This document shows, piece after piece, positions 29,613 through 41,522 of a stretch of 64,000 bases of DNA (within the stretch, counting starts at the first letter, position 1; the number at the start of each line of letters is the position of its first letter). The stretch spans positions 32,001 through 96,000 of the forward strand of contig CAWCKY010000002.1 of assembly GCA_963796275.1 (NCBI GenBank), written 5' to 3'. The translations under genes were made by a program, and so were the position numbers. A model generated the notes under the pieces. It was not told where the DNA came from. It did not search any database and saw only the letters and a program-made list of their open reading frames with translations. The stretch is from an uncultured Acidobacteriota bacterium (lineage in GTDB: Bacteria; Acidobacteriota; Blastocatellia; RBC074).

Positions 29613-30014
29613 GTGATCAGCAAGAGTAGCTCGCAATTAGTTGCTATCGTCGATGATGATCGATCGGTCCAGCGTGCGCTAAAGGATCTGATGGAATCTG
29701 CCGGGCTTTCGGCGCGGTGCTTCGGATCAGCGGAAGAATTCCTTGAGTCGGACCAGCGGAACCCGACCGCCTGCCTAGTCGCGGACATTCGCATGCCGGG
29801 GATGTCAGGCCTCGAACTGCAAGCGCAGCTAAAGGCTGAGGGATATCACATTCCAATGATCTTCATCACGGCGCACGATGACCCAAAGACGAAGATGCAG
29901 GCGATGAAAGCAGGCGCGATAGAGTTCCTGTCCAAGCCCTTCGATGATGAAGATTTGCTTGAGAAGGTCCGCGCCTTCGCCTGTTGGGAAGTGGCTGAAT
30001 GCCCCGACCGATAA
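29613..30014 (+). CDS. Stand-alone receiver-domain protein
   Basis: IVDDD, ADIRMPG, FITAH, KPF; C-terminus runs into the ndh remnant. Confidence 0.85.
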   Translation: MISKSSSQLVAIVDDDRSVQRALKDLMESAGLSARCFGSAEEFLESDQRNPTACLVADIRMPGMSGLELQAQLKAEGYHIPMIFITAHDDPKTKMQAMKAGAIEFLSKPFDDEDLLEKVRAFACWEVAECPDR

Positions 30015-30495
30015 GGCCGGGCGCGTGCGCGTCGAACGGGATTGCAGCATCCCAGGCTATCCGGAGGTCTTCGTGATCGGGGACACAGCCTCGCTCGATC
30101 AGGACAGCAAGCCCTTGCCAGGCGTCGCGCAAGTGGCCATGCAGCAGGGGCGTTATGTCGGCCAAGTAATTGCCAATCGTGTAAGCAAGCTTCCTGGGCC
30201 GCCTCCATTTCGTTATTCCGACAAAGGCAACTTGGCAGTCATCGGTCGCGGCTTCGCCGTCCTGGACTCGGGATTCGTAAAAATGAGCGGGCATTTGGCG
30301 TGGCTGGCTTGGGCCTTCATTCATCTTCTATTTCTGCCTGCGGAAGGCAACCGAATGCGAGTATGGACACAATGGCTCTGGTCGTATTTAACCCATCAGC
30401 GCAGCTCTCAACTCATCGTCGAGCCGGCGGCCAGACAGGCGCCTGAGTTCGGCCTGGATCGGCCCGATATCACCGACTGGAAGTGGCCAGTTTAG
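29970..30495 (+). pseudogene. ndh: Type II NADH dehydrogenase C-terminal fragment
   Basis: VFVIGDTA..PGVAQVAMQQG..FRYSDKGNLAVIGR..AWLAWAFIH; no 5' half. Confidence 0.8.
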
Positions 30496-30547
30496 ATCTA
30501 TTCGCGTGATCAGGTCTTTAACATTTTTAGCAAGGGAGAACGCAAAA

Positions 30548-33073
30548 ATGACTAAAGTAATGAAAGCAGAGAGACAAAACAAGTCTGGTCCCGCCACCTC
30601 AAAGGAATACGACATGACGAAGCTCCTCGAGCAATACGGACGCGGGCCGATTCAATTTACCGGAGAGGAGGATTCGCTTTACAAACGGCACCTCGTTTTT
30701 GACAACGTTATGGAAATAACGACGATCGGCGCACGCGAGCGTTTTGAGGCCATTGCCCGCTCTGTGCGCGACGTTCTCTCTCAGAGATGGGTGGCCACCG
30801 AGAAGACTTACGAGCGCGAGAATACGAAGCGCGTTTATTATCTCTCGATGGAGTTTCTCATCGGCCGTTCGTTGGCGAACAACATAACCAACCTTCTGCT
30901 CGATCCGATCGTGAACGAGGTAGTCAGGCGGGACAATATCGATTGGTACGAACTGCTGGAGCAGGAACCCGATGCGGGCCTGGGCAACGGCGGGCTGGGG
31001 CGCCTGGCGGCCTGCTTCCTCGATTCAATGGCGACGATGCAAATACCGGCTATGGGGTATGGCCTACGCTACGAATACGGTATCTTCAAACAGGCCATCC
31101 AAGAAGGCTGGCAGCATGAACTTCCAGACAACTGGCTTCGTCGCCCGGACCCCTGGGAGGTGTGTCGCCCGTACGAGACGGTGGAGGTGACGCTCAACTG
31201 CTCGTTCGAGGTACGGGGTGGCACCTTGCGCGCCGTGGTCGGCTGGCCATCCGTTATGATCGGCGTCCCGTTCGATCGCCCCGTGGTAGGCTACGGCGGC
31301 AAGACCATCAATACACTTCGCCTCTGGGCTGCGGCGGCGCACGATTATTTCAACTTTCAAGAATTCAGCAGCGGCGATTTCGTCGGGGCGCTGGCGGAGA
31401 CGCTTGAGGCCGAGTCGCTGACTCGGGTTTTGTATCCCGACGACCACACAAGCATGGGGCAAGGATTGCGCTTTGTGCAGGAGTATTTTCTCGTCGCCTG
31501 CTCGCTCGCTGATCTCGTGCGGCGCTTCCGGGCGAACAATCGCGACTGGAGTGCGCTTCCTGAAAAAGTCGCCATCCAGCTCAATGATACACATCCGACG
31601 ATGGCGGTCCCCGAGTTGATGCGGATTCTGCTCGACGATGCGCATCTCGGTTGGGACGAGGCCTGGGACCTCACACAAAAGACTCTGGCGTACACCAATC
31701 ACACACTACTCCCCGAAGCTCTTGAGAAATGGCCGCTCGCATGGTTCGAGGTCATGCTGCCGCGCCACTTGGAGATCATCCTCGAGATCAATCGCCGTCT
31801 ACTCGATGAGGTTAGGAGCCGGTATCCGGGCGATGAGGGGCGCGTCCAGCGCGCGAGCCTCATTGAGGAAGGTCCAACCAAGCATGTCCGAATGGCAAAC
31901 CTGGCGATCGTTGGCTCGCACAGCACCAACGGCGTCGCTGCGATTCATTCCCATCTTCTCCGCACAGTAACGGTCAAGGACCTGGCCGAATTGTTTCCCA
32001 AACGTTTCAGCAATAAGACCAACGGCGTCACGCCGCGTCGCTGGCTGCTGATGTCGAATCCGGTGCTTTCGCATACCATCACCGACGCCATTGGCGACGG
32101 CTGGATGTCTGATCTCGGCCAGTTGAGAAAGCTCGAACCGTTGGCCGACGACCAGGCATTACGTTCCGATTTTCTAAGGGCTAAACGTGAGGCTAAGTTG
32201 CAATTTGCCGATTGGGTCAAGCGGACGACCGGCGAAACGATAGACGCCGACAGTATCTTCGATTGCCAGATCAAGCGTATACATGAATACAAGCGCCAGC
32301 TTCTGAATGCGCTCCGAATCGTGGTGCTTTACAACCGGCTGAGGGAGAACCCCAGTCTTGACATGCCCCCGCACACATTCTTTTTCTCCGGCAAGGCCGC
32401 GCCCGCCTATCGACTCGCCAAGGTCATCATCAAGTTCATCAACAATCTCGCCGTCACCATCGACGGCGATCCGTCGATGCGCGCCCGGCTCAAAGTACTG
32501 TTCCTGCCCGAGTACCGGGTTTCGCTCGCGGAGCGGCTCATCCCCGCAAGCGATGTCTCAAACCAGATTTCGACCGCCGGCTACGAAGCCAGCGGGACGA
32601 GCAACATGAAGTTCATGATGAACGGAGCGCTGACAATCGGCACGCGCGACGGTGCAACTATCGAGATGGCAGAAGAAGCGGGCGAAGAAAATTTCTTTCT
32701 CTTCGGCTTGACTGCGGAACAGGTGGCTGCCAGCCGCGGCTGGTACAGCCCGCAGTGGCACTACGACAATGAGCCGGAGACCCGCGCCGCATTGGACCTC
32801 ATCTTCTCGGACCACTTCAGCCGCAATGAACCGGGCGTCTTCGCTCCCTTGCGCGATACATTGCTGACGTATGGTGATCACTACATGCACCTGGCTGACC
32901 TCAAGTCATATCTCGAGGCGGACCAACGGCTAGTCGATTTGTACACCGACTCGGAGGGATGGGCGCGCAAGGCGGTCTTGAATGTAGCCGGCTCCGGGAA
33001 GTTCTCCAGTGATCGCACGATCGCCGAATATGCAGCAGATATCTGGGACTTGAAGCAGTGCCCGGTGGAGTGA
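30548..33073 (+). CDS. glgP: Glycogen/maltodextrin phosphorylase
   Basis: GLGNGGLGRL, QLNDTHP, KRIHEYKRQ, EASGTSNMK. Confidence 0.96.
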   Translation: MTKVMKAERQNKSGPATSKEYDMTKLLEQYGRGPIQFTGEEDSLYKRHLVFDNVMEITTIGARERFEAIARSVRDVLSQRWVATEKTYERENTKRVYYLSMEFLIGRSLANNITNLLLDPIVNEVVRRDNIDWYELLEQEPDAGLGNGGLGRLAACFLDSMATMQIPAMGYGLRYEYGIFKQAIQEGWQHELPDNWLRRPDPWEVCRPYETVEVTLNCSFEVRGGTLRAVVGWPSVMIGVPFDRPVVGYGGKTINTLRLWAAAAHDYFNFQEFSSGDFVGALAETLEAESLTRVLYPDDHTSMGQGLRFVQEYFLVACSLADLVRRFRANNRDWSALPEKVAIQLNDTHPTMAVPELMRILLDDAHLGWDEAWDLTQKTLAYTNHTLLPEALEKWPLAWFEVMLPRHLEIILEINRRLLDEVRSRYPGDEGRVQRASLIEEGPTKHVRMANLAIVGSHSTNGVAAIHSHLLRTVTVKDLAELFPKRFSNKTNGVTPRRWLLMSNPVLSHTITDAIGDGWMSDLGQLRKLEPLADDQALRSDFLRAKREAKLQFADWVKRTTGETIDADSIFDCQIKRIHEYKRQLLNALRIVVLYNRLRENPSLDMPPHTFFFSGKAAPAYRLAKVIIKFINNLAVTIDGDPSMRARLKVLFLPEYRVSLAERLIPASDVSNQISTAGYEASGTSNMKFMMNGALTIGTRDGATIEMAEEAGEENFFLFGLTAEQVAASRGWYSPQWHYDNEPETRAALDLIFSDHFSRNEPGVFAPLRDTLLTYGDHYMHLADLKSYLEADQRLVDLYTDSEGWARKAVLNVAGSGKFSSDRTIAEYAADIWDLKQCPVE

Positions 33074-33262
33074 AATCGCCGGTGAAATGGCGCTCGAATA
33101 TACGGTCAAATGAGAGTGAGGAGCGATTATCGAAAGGGAATATCTACAAGATATATGCGGAAAGTTTTATGGATCAAGGCCGATCCTGAGCGAAGCTCAA
33201 GAGATCGTGAACGATGCGCTAAAGTCCTCTGAGCCAATTCACCAGCAGAGCGAGGCGCGCAA

Positions 33263-33356
33263 ATGAGTAGTGGCATTCGACCGCATGTTTTGCTTCTATT
33301 TCCCCCGGATTATCGGGACTCGGGCTTGCTGCTGCATTTTACGTCGTTGCCCTCGA
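33263..33356 (+). pseudogene. malQ: 4-alpha-glucanotransferase N-terminal fragment
   Basis: RDSGLLLHFTSLPS matches the MalQ start motif. Confidence 0.65.
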
Positions 33357-33399
33357 CTGCAGCATACGGGCTGGAGAGCTTTAAGGAGGAATCATAAAG

Positions 33400-34005
33400 A
33401 TGGCGCATACGAACGATGAACTTCCCGTCATCTTCTTGGCTAGGCACGGGGAAACGGCCTGGAGCCTGACGGGCCAGCACACAGGACTTACCGATTTGCC
33501 TCTAACCGAGGCCGGCGAGCGCAACGCCCGATGGCTTCAAGAAAGGCTGAGCGGGCTGAAGTTCATAAATGTATTCACTAGTCCTTTGCAGCGCGCCAGG
33601 CGAACCTGTGAGCTTGCCGGCTTTGGATCTGTAGCTGAAATCGATCACGACCTCGTCGAATGGGACTACGGCAAATACGAAGGTCGACGTTCTGTCGATA
33701 TTCGTGCGGAACGCCCCGACTGGGAACTGTTCCGCGACGGCTCCCCGGGCGGCGAATCGCCGCAGCGAGTCGCCGCGCGCGCTGACCGCGTTGTGAACCG
33801 CCTGCGCAGGTTGCCAGGCAATGTTCTACTTTTTTCCAGCGGGCATTTCTTGCGAGTGCTGGCCGCGCGATGGATTGGGATCGAAATATTCGGCGCCAGG
33901 TCATTCATGTTGAGTACGGCGAGCCTGAGCGCGCTGGGGTATGAGAACAGTCTTCTGAATCCGGCAATCCGACTGTGGAACGAGACTCGACATTTGGTTA
34001 TTTAA
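33400..34005 (+). CDS. Histidine phosphatase family protein
   Basis: ARHGET, SPLQRA, EWDYG. Confidence 0.9.
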   Translation: MAHTNDELPVIFLARHGETAWSLTGQHTGLTDLPLTEAGERNARWLQERLSGLKFINVFTSPLQRARRTCELAGFGSVAEIDHDLVEWDYGKYEGRRSVDIRAERPDWELFRDGSPGGESPQRVAARADRVVNRLRRLPGNVLLFSSGHFLRVLAARWIGIEIFGARSFMLSTASLSALGYENSLLNPAIRLWNETRHLVI

Positions 34006-34056
34006 AAAGCGAAGGAAACTACCGGTAGCAATAGGCAATAAAGAAGGAGAGAGCAG

Positions 34057-35145
34057 ATGAAAGCGACACAACTACTTCATGACCTGGGCCAGAGTCTCTG
34101 GCTAGACAACATCACACGCGATCTTTTGGAGAGCGGTACGCTCAAAAAATATATCGCCGAGTTGTCGGTTACGGGGCTCACGTCGAATCCGACGATCTTC
34201 GACCATGCAATCAAAAACAGCACGACCTATGACGCGGCGATCAGAGAAAAGTTAGGTCAAGGCAAATCGGGCGATGAACTCTTCTTCGAGCTGGCGCTGG
34301 AGGACCTTACGCGAGCGGCGGACCTCTTTCGACCGATTTACGAAGGGTCAAATGGAGTTGACGGATGGGTGTCGTTGGAAGTGTCGCCACTTCTCGCGCA
34401 CGACACAGCCAGCACCATTGCCGCGGCGAAGGAACTGTTTGCGAGGGCGGGGCGCCCCAATCTGTTGATCAAGATTCCCGGAACGAAGGAAGGTCTTCCC
34501 GCGATCGAGGAATCGATCTTTTCCGGGATACCGGTCAATGTCACCCTCCTGTTCTCCCGCGAGCATTATCTGGCGGCGGCCGACGCATTTCTGCGAGGCA
34601 TCGAGCGTCGTATCGATGCCGGCCTCAACCCCGACGTTGACTCAGTAGCGTCGGTCTTCATCAGCCGATGGGACGCCGCTATTGCGAGCAAAACGCCTGA
34701 TGAGCTACACAACCAACTTGGCATCGCCATCGCGAAACGCACCTACAAAGCGGCGCGCACTCTGCTCAGTTCGCCGCGCTGGACACGCGTCTACAATCTC
34801 GGCGCTCGTCCGCAGCGCCTGTTGTGGGCGAGTACGGGAACCAAAGATCCCAAGGCTTCAGATATTCTCTATATTAAGAGCCTCGCCGCGCCTTTCACAG
34901 TGAACACTATGCCTGAAGGGACGTTGAAAGCCCTCGCGGCCCATACCGAATTGGGCGAGTTGCTACCGGTAGATGGCGGTGACTGTGAAAAGGTGTTAGC
35001 TGAGTTTGCCAGGGCAGGCATCGACGTCGACGCCCTGGCGGCGCAGCTTCAGGATGAAGGAGCCGAATCATTTATAGGGTCGTGGAATGATCTGATGGCG
35101 GTGATCTCGTCCAAGTGCAAAGCGCTGACAGCGGCAGTTAAATGA
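34057..35145 (+). CDS. tal: Transaldolase
   Basis: QSLWLDN, TSNPTIF, VSLEV, IKIPGT, NVTLLFS. Confidence 0.94.
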   Translation: MKATQLLHDLGQSLWLDNITRDLLESGTLKKYIAELSVTGLTSNPTIFDHAIKNSTTYDAAIREKLGQGKSGDELFFELALEDLTRAADLFRPIYEGSNGVDGWVSLEVSPLLAHDTASTIAAAKELFARAGRPNLLIKIPGTKEGLPAIEESIFSGIPVNVTLLFSREHYLAAADAFLRGIERRIDAGLNPDVDSVASVFISRWDAAIASKTPDELHNQLGIAIAKRTYKAARTLLSSPRWTRVYNLGARPQRLLWASTGTKDPKASDILYIKSLAAPFTVNTMPEGTLKALAAHTELGELLPVDGGDCEKVLAEFARAGIDVDALAAQLQDEGAESFIGSWNDLMAVISSKCKALTAAVK

Positions 35146-35180
35146 GGAGAGAGAGCACCTTGAGGCGAAGGGAGACGAGA

Positions 35181-35368
35181 ATGACAGCGACAATCAAGAA
35201 ACAATCGGCGGTCAATCGTTCGACCGATGGGGCGTGGAATTCGGCAAGGTGCTGGCTCAACACATTATCCCGGAACTCGAGAGCAAGACGGAGCCCGGGC
35301 TCGAACATGACAGTTCAACGAACAACTCGATCCGCCGCTACCGAAATATGAAGGAGGGAGCATTATGA
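35181..35368 (+). pseudogene. pgi: Glucose-6-phosphate isomerase collapsed to its termini
   Basis: RBS and ATG, then [17 protein letters not shown] (PGI C-terminal signature) in another frame. Confidence 0.75.
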
Positions 35369-36297
35369 AAACGATTGGCTATGACAAACCACTTTACATT
35401 CTGCCCTATGACCATCGAGGCTCATTCGAGACAAAGATGTTCGGGTGGCATGGTGATTTGACTGCCGCGCAAACGGCCGAAATCGCCGCCGCCAAGCGGG
35501 TGATCTACGACGGCTTCCAAGCCGCTGTAGCAGCCGGTGTACCAAAGGAGAAGGCAGCCATCCTGGTAGATGAGCAATTCGGCGCCGCAATCCTACGCGA
35601 TGCGGCGGCGTTGGGCTATACGATTGCATGCCCGGCCGAGAAGAGCGGGCAGGAGGAGTTCGACTTCGAGTACGGCGAGGACTTCGCCAAACATATCGAA
35701 GCTTTTCATCCGACATTCTGCAAGGTGCTGGTGCGTTACAACCCCGAGGGCAATCAGGCTCTGAATCAGCGTCAGTCGGCACGCCTGAAACGATTGTCCG
35801 ATTACCTGCACGGCAATGGGCAGAGCCGATTCATGTTCGAACTGCTGGTGCCGGCGGAGAAGTCGCAACTCGAACGTCTCAAAGGAGACAAGAAGACCTA
35901 CGACCTCGAGCTGCGCCCCGGGTTGATGGTGCAGACCATCTCGCAGCTTCAGGACGCGGGCGTCGAGCCGGATGTCTGGAAGATCGAAGGGCTCGACCGC
36001 CGCGAGGACTGCGAGCAGATCGTGGCCACTGCGCACCGCGGCGGCCGAGAAAAAGTCGGCTGCATCGTTCTGGGCCGCGGCGAGGACGTGAAGAAGGTGC
36101 GCGAATGGTTGACGATGGCAGCCGGAGTTCCGGGCTTCATCGGTTTCGCCGTTGGAAGGACGGATTTCTGGGGACCGCTCGTTGACTTCAGGGAGAAGAA
36201 GATCACCCGCGAAGCCGCTGTAGCCGAGATTGCCGGCCGCTACCGCGAGTTTGTGGATATTTTTGAGAACGCCCGCGCCAGGATCAGTGCGGCGTGA
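35365..36297 (+). CDS. DUF2090 aldolase-like protein
   Basis: [37 protein letters not shown]. Confidence 0.85.
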   Translation: MKTIGYDKPLYILPYDHRGSFETKMFGWHGDLTAAQTAEIAAAKRVIYDGFQAAVAAGVPKEKAAILVDEQFGAAILRDAAALGYTIACPAEKSGQEEFDFEYGEDFAKHIEAFHPTFCKVLVRYNPEGNQALNQRQSARLKRLSDYLHGNGQSRFMFELLVPAEKSQLERLKGDKKTYDLELRPGLMVQTISQLQDAGVEPDVWKIEGLDRREDCEQIVATAHRGGREKVGCIVLGRGEDVKKVREWLTMAAGVPGFIGFAVGRTDFWGPLVDFREKKITREAAVAEIAGRYREFVDIFENARARISAA

Positions 36298-36434
36298 ACG
36301 GGAAATAAAATGGAGAACAAAATTGCGGCAGCATAGGTGTATGCACCGCCATGCAACGGTTGCGTAACGCGATTGATCGCGGCGCGCAGTAACCTAAGAA
36401 ATGAGCGACGATCTCTTTTCAAGGATGAGGGCTT

Positions 36435-37458
36435 ATGCAAATTGGAATGGTAGGTCTTGGCAGGATGGGCGCCAACATGGTGCGGCGCTTGATTCGGAAC
36501 GGCCACAATTGCGTGGTGTTCGATAGGTCGCCGGAGACAGTGAGCAATCTGGCCAAAGAGAAGGCGATTGGAGCCGCCTCCCTGGCGGACCTGGTAAAGA
36601 AGCTCGCGAAACCGCGGGCAGTCTGGCTGATGGTCCCCGCGGCAGTCGTGGACGAGACAATTACTGATCTTCTGCCCTCTGCTCGATGCGGGAGATATCA
36701 TCATAGACGGCGGAAACTCTTATTACGTCGACGACATTCGCCGCGCCAAGCAACTGGCGCCAAGACGCATCCACTATGTTGATGTTGGCACGAGCGGCGG
36801 CGTCTGGGGACTGGAGCGAGGCTACTGCATGATGATCGGCGGCGAGACGGACGTGGTTAAACACCTCGACCCAATCTTCGCGACGCTGGCGCCGGGCATA
36901 GGCGACATCCCGCATACGACGGGACGTGAGAAGCCTGAAGGGACTGCCGAACAAGGATACCTGCACTGCGGTCCAAACGGTGCCGGCCATTTCGTCAAGA
37001 TGGTCCACAACGGGATTGAGTACGGAATCATGGCAGCCTATGCCGAAGGGCTGGGCGTACTGAGGTCCGCTAATATCGGCAAGCGGAATCACGGAATCGA
37101 TGCCGAGACAGCGCCGCTGGGCGATCCCGAGCATTATCAGTACGACCTCGATCTCTCTGATATCGCAGAGGTGTGGCGGCGTGGCAGCGTGATTGCATCG
37201 TGGTTGCTGGATCTCACAGCGACGGCCCTGCACGATGATCCGACTCTCTCGCATTTCGCAGGCCGGGTGTCTGACTCGGGCGAGGGTCGCTGGACGATCA
37301 AGGCCGCAATTGATGAAGCAGTGCCGGTCCCGGTGCTTAGCTCAGCTCTGTTCGAGCGATTCGAGTCACAGGGCGAAGCGGGTTTTGTGGACAAACTCCT
37401 GTCCGCTATGCGGTATCAATTCGGCGGGCATCTAGAGAAAGCAGCGGAAAAATCATAG
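36435..37458 (+). pseudogene. gnd: 6-phosphogluconate dehydrogenase (decarboxylating), frameshifted
   Basis: GLGRMG; [13 protein letters not shown]; DSGEGRW; frameshift near 36678. Confidence 0.88.
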
Positions 37459-37474
37459 GCGGAAGGAGGAACTC

Positions 37475-38878
37475 ATGAGTAATTTAAACTCGGACGCGCT
37501 GGTATTCTTTGGCGCCACGGGCGATCTGGCTTACAAGAAGATATTCCCAGCGCTGCAGGGCATGGTGAAGCGTGGACACCTGAATGTGCCTGTCATCGGG
37601 GTGGCCAAATCCGGATGGAATCTGGAACAGATGCGGGCGCGGGCACATGACAGCATTGAGAAACATGGCGTGGTCGATCCGGCGGCCTTCGAAAAACTGT
37701 GCAGGTTGCTACGCTACGTTGATGGTGATTACCAGGAACGAGCGACGTTCGAAGCGCTTGCCCAAGAACTGAAGGGTGTCGAGCGGCCGGCTCATTATCT
37801 GGCCATTCCCCCCGTACTCTTCGAAGCGGTAGTGCAGCAGCTGGCAAACACGGGCTGCGCCAACGGGGCCCGCGTGATCATCGAAAAGCCTTTCGGACAT
37901 GATCTTGCCTCCGCACGTGAACTGAACCAGATACTCCTCAGCGTCTTTGACGAAGCAAATATATTTCGCATTGACCACTACCTCGGAAAGCGACCGGTGG
38001 ACAACCTGCTGGTCTTTCGCTTCGCGAACACGTTCGTTGAATCGTTCTGGAATCGCAACTATATCGAGAGCGTGCAGCTCACTATGGCGGAAGACTTCGG
38101 CGTCCAGAGCCGGGGAGCTTTCTACGACGGGACAGGCGCCATCCGCGACGTGATTCAAAATCATCTTTTTCAGGTCCTTTCGAATCTGGCGATGGAGCCG
38201 CCAGCCAGGCTCGATAGCGAATCTATACGCGATGAAAAGGTCAAAGTACTGAAGGCGATTCCGCCAATCGATGAGAAGCAACTGGTCCGCGGCCAGTTCT
38301 ATGGCTATCGCGACGAGAAGGGAGTAGCACAGAATTCGCTGGTGGAAACCTTTGCTGCATTGAAGCTGGAGATCAATTCCTGGCGCTGGAAAGGGGTTCC
38401 TTTCTACATCCGGGCGGGAAAATGTCTGCCTGTGACCTGCACCGAAATTGTGGGCCGGTTCCGCAAGCCTCCCTCACTGATCCCTGCCGAGGCTCTGAGG
38501 GAGGATCATCTGCGCCTCCGCCTCAACCCCGAGGTGATAATCGCTATGGGGATGATGGTCATGACTCCGGGAGAGGAGATGGCCGCGCAGCCGGTTGAAA
38601 TGCTGGCGTCCCATTCTCCGCACCCAGGTGATATGGATGCTTACGAACGGGTCTTGGGAGCCGCGATGGAAGGAGATGCGACGCTGTTCGCGCGGGAAGA
38701 CTACGTGGAAGAGGCATGGCGCATCGTTGATCCGATGCTGAAGAAGGTGACGCCAATCTACGGATACGAACCGAATACGTGGGGGCCGATTGAGGTTGAG
38801 CGAGTGACGCCGATGGGAGGCTGGAGCAATCCGACGAACGGTGAAGAGAGATTTACGAACACAGTGCAGGCAGCATGA
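37475..38878 (+). CDS. zwf: Glucose-6-phosphate dehydrogenase
   Basis: GATGDLA, EKPFG, RIDHYLGK, QNHL. Confidence 0.95.
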   Translation: MSNLNSDALVFFGATGDLAYKKIFPALQGMVKRGHLNVPVIGVAKSGWNLEQMRARAHDSIEKHGVVDPAAFEKLCRLLRYVDGDYQERATFEALAQELKGVERPAHYLAIPPVLFEAVVQQLANTGCANGARVIIEKPFGHDLASARELNQILLSVFDEANIFRIDHYLGKRPVDNLLVFRFANTFVESFWNRNYIESVQLTMAEDFGVQSRGAFYDGTGAIRDVIQNHLFQVLSNLAMEPPARLDSESIRDEKVKVLKAIPPIDEKQLVRGQFYGYRDEKGVAQNSLVETFAALKLEINSWRWKGVPFYIRAGKCLPVTCTEIVGRFRKPPSLIPAEALREDHLRLRLNPEVIIAMGMMVMTPGEEMAAQPVEMLASHSPHPGDMDAYERVLGAAMEGDATLFAREDYVEEAWRIVDPMLKKVTPIYGYEPNTWGPIEVERVTPMGGWSNPTNGEERFTNTVQAA

Positions 38879-38915
38879 GCCTTGATTGTATTAGTCAGGA
38901 ATTGGATAAGCTGTA

Positions 38916-39058
38916 ATGAATGTTGAAGTTATGCCGGTGCAGCCACGGTTGCCCGAGAGGCCGCCGCCGTTGTCTCTGGAGGCCATAACGGCATCGCCGC
39001 ACGCGGTGCCTTCGTTATGGCAGTGAGCGGCGGCCGCACGTCGTGGCTAATGCTTCGC
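38916..39058 (+). pseudogene. pgl: 6-phosphogluconolactonase N-terminal fragment
   Basis: ARGAFVMAVSGGRT. Confidence 0.65.
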
Positions 39059-39060
39059 AA

Positions 39061-39447
39061 CACAAGCAGGACACTGCAGAAGCTCACGGTGAGCCACTCG
39101 GTGACGAAGAGGTCCGGCTCACGAAACGGAGCTACGGATGGCCTGAGGATGACAAATTTTTTGTTCCGGATGGGGTGTATGACCACTTCTCTGCCCGCAT
39201 TGGTGCTCGCGGCGCGAAGTTACGGCAGGAATGGACGAAGTTGTTCGAAGCATATCGAGCCAATTATCCAGAGCTCGCAAACGAAATCGAGCTCATGCAA
39301 CGGAGAGAACTTCCCACCGGGTGGGACCATGATCTCCCTGTTTTTCCGCCCGATGGCAAGGGAATTGCCGGACGGGACGCTTCAGGGAAAGTGTTGAACT
39401 TACTCGCACAAAATATCCCATGGTTCCTAGGTGGCTCTGCTGACCTC
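39061..39447 (+). pseudogene. tkt: Transketolase internal fragment
   Basis: AHGEPLG..GRDASGK..GGSADL. Confidence 0.85.
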
Positions 39448-39661
39448 GGAGGTAAAATCCGACGTTACGCGCCGGTTGCTGTTTCAAGAAAAGCTCGTGA
39501 TCCGGATTCCAGCAGTCAGAGTCGGCTGACGTTGCGCACAACTTCTGGGTCAGGGTTTACTTCCCTGCCCTTTAATAATGGAGTATGCCTGGAGTAATGG
39601 TCAGATGGAGGGTCAGATCACCTACTTCAATTCCCGCCCGAACCTTTATTTGGCTTTGGCT

Positions 39662-39883
39662 CTATAATCGAGTTTCTTTTCTCTTCTTTCCGTACCACTG
39701 CTCGGCTATCCGGTCGGGCTCGATCATAACGCCATCCAGCTCCAATACCTTAGCGGTAATCGCGTATGTCACTTGCGGCGGAACCACCAGCTCATAGTGC
39801 CGTGATATCCAACCTTCTGATCTCAGCAGTCGCAGTAGTTCGGTCAGCGTCTTGGTGGAGATTGATCCCAGACATCGCTTCAA
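39662..39883 (-). pseudogene. HxlR-family regulator fragment
   Basis: ISTKTLTELLR.L..G.ISR..VPPQVTY. Confidence 0.6.
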
Positions 39884-40237
39884 CTCCCGAACCGCTTCGG
39901 TCCTTCCATTTGCAATCTATTCATGTGCAATCGATGCAGCAGAAGGAGGGTCCAAGGACTGGCTAGGATCGTCCGCAGTTTTTGTAACGGCTCGTGTTCG
40001 TTATCGCCGGTCGCTTAAGGCATGTCCCTGGGAATATTTCCTTCCTAAACTGTCATTTCTACTAATAGTCCTCAGCTGAGACCTCGATTAGCATGAACCA
40101 CTGTGGTGCAATTGTTTCTTTCAAGAACGAAGGATGAGATTACCGTGCTAAGTCGCGCGGTCTTAATATTCCTCTCCATCCAAGCTCGCCCAGATGCTCG
40201 CTATGGATGGAGTATCCTTTTGAGGTTTAGATGAATT

Positions 40238-40627
40238 ATGACAAAAATAAAACTAATGTTTGTTTTGCTATGTCTCATGACCAGCGCGGCGATGGCTCAG
40301 CAGCCCGAGATCACAACGCTCATGTCGAAAGAGCTGACGGACATTCCCGGCAAGGAAGTGGTAATGATCACAGTCGAGTATGCCCCGGGCGGGTCGGACC
40401 CTATCCACCGACACAATGCACATGCATTTGTTTATGTGCTGGAGGGCTCCGTTGTGATGGGGTTGAAGGGTGGAAAGCAAGTAACGCTGAAGCCAGGACA
40501 GACCTTTTACGAAGGCCCAGACGATGTTCATACCATTGGCCGGAACGCAAGCAGTACCGAGCCGGCAAAATTCCTGGTGTTCTTTGTCAAGGACAAGGGC
40601 GCTCCAATACTAACGCCAGCACAATGA
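40238..40627 (+). CDS. Exported cupin-2 protein
   Basis: Signal peptide; HRH..YVLEG..FYE..H. Confidence 0.88.
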   Translation: MTKIKLMFVLLCLMTSAAMAQQPEITTLMSKELTDIPGKEVVMITVEYAPGGSDPIHRHNAHAFVYVLEGSVVMGLKGGKQVTLKPGQTFYEGPDDVHTIGRNASSTEPAKFLVFFVKDKGAPILTPAQ

Positions 40628-40772
40628 CTGCCGGAATCTCTAAGATAGAAACCGGATGATAAGCGCAGTACGACTCAATTCCGAGTTCATCTCGGAGATT
40701 ACTCGTCGGGATTACGGGTGACGAACGAAAGGTCACATAAGGAGATTAATGATGAAGAACGAAAGGTCAACT

Positions 40773-41522
40773 ATGAAGATCGTGGTTATTGGCGGTAGTG
40801 GGCTCATCGGATCAAAGCTCGTAAAGAAGCTCGGTGAGTTTGGTTACCAGGCAGTGGCGGCGTCGCCCAATTCGGGCGTTAACACACTCACCGGCGAGGG
40901 ACTTGCGGAAGTCCTTGAGGGCGCCTCGGTGGTCGTTGATGTATCGAACTCTCCTTCGTGGGAGGACGCGGCCGTGATGACGTTCTTCGAGACATCAACC
41001 CGTAACCTCCTCGCCTATGAAGCGGCCGCAGGCGTGGGACATCACGTGGCGTTGTCAGTCGTAGGATCTGAGCGTCTGATCGAAAGCGGCTACTTCCGTG
41101 CAAAAATCGCTCAGGAGAATTTGATCAAGGAATCCTCAATCCCTTATTCAATTATCCGCGCCACGCAGTTCTTCGAATTCGTAAAGAGCATCGCCGATTT
41201 ATCCACCGACAACAACAAAGTGCGCCTGCCGCCTGCATTAATCCAGCCCATGGCGGCCGATGATGTCGCCAGTGCGGTAGGCCGGATCGCGATAGGCTCA
41301 CCAGTGAATGGCACCGTTGAAATAGGGGGGCCGGAAAAGTTTCGTCTCGATGAATTGATCCGAGGAAGCCTGGCTGCGCGCAAGGATCCGCGCGAGGTTG
41401 TCGCTGACCCGCAGGCGCGCTACTACGGCGCGGAGCTGAGCGAACGCACACTCGTTCCCGGCGATGATGCGCGACTCGGCGAGACGCATTTCAAAGACTG
41501 GCTCAGCCGCTCCACAAGTTAG
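40773..41522 (+). CDS. NmrA/atypical SDR NAD(P)-binding protein
   Basis: GGSGLIG, YFRAK, RATQFFEF. Confidence 0.9.
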   Translation: MKIVVIGGSGLIGSKLVKKLGEFGYQAVAASPNSGVNTLTGEGLAEVLEGASVVVDVSNSPSWEDAAVMTFFETSTRNLLAYEAAAGVGHHVALSVVGSERLIESGYFRAKIAQENLIKESSIPYSIIRATQFFEFVKSIADLSTDNNKVRLPPALIQPMAADDVASAVGRIAIGSPVNGTVEIGGPEKFRLDELIRGSLAARKDPREVVADPQARYYGAELSERTLVPGDDARLGETHFKDWLSRSTS

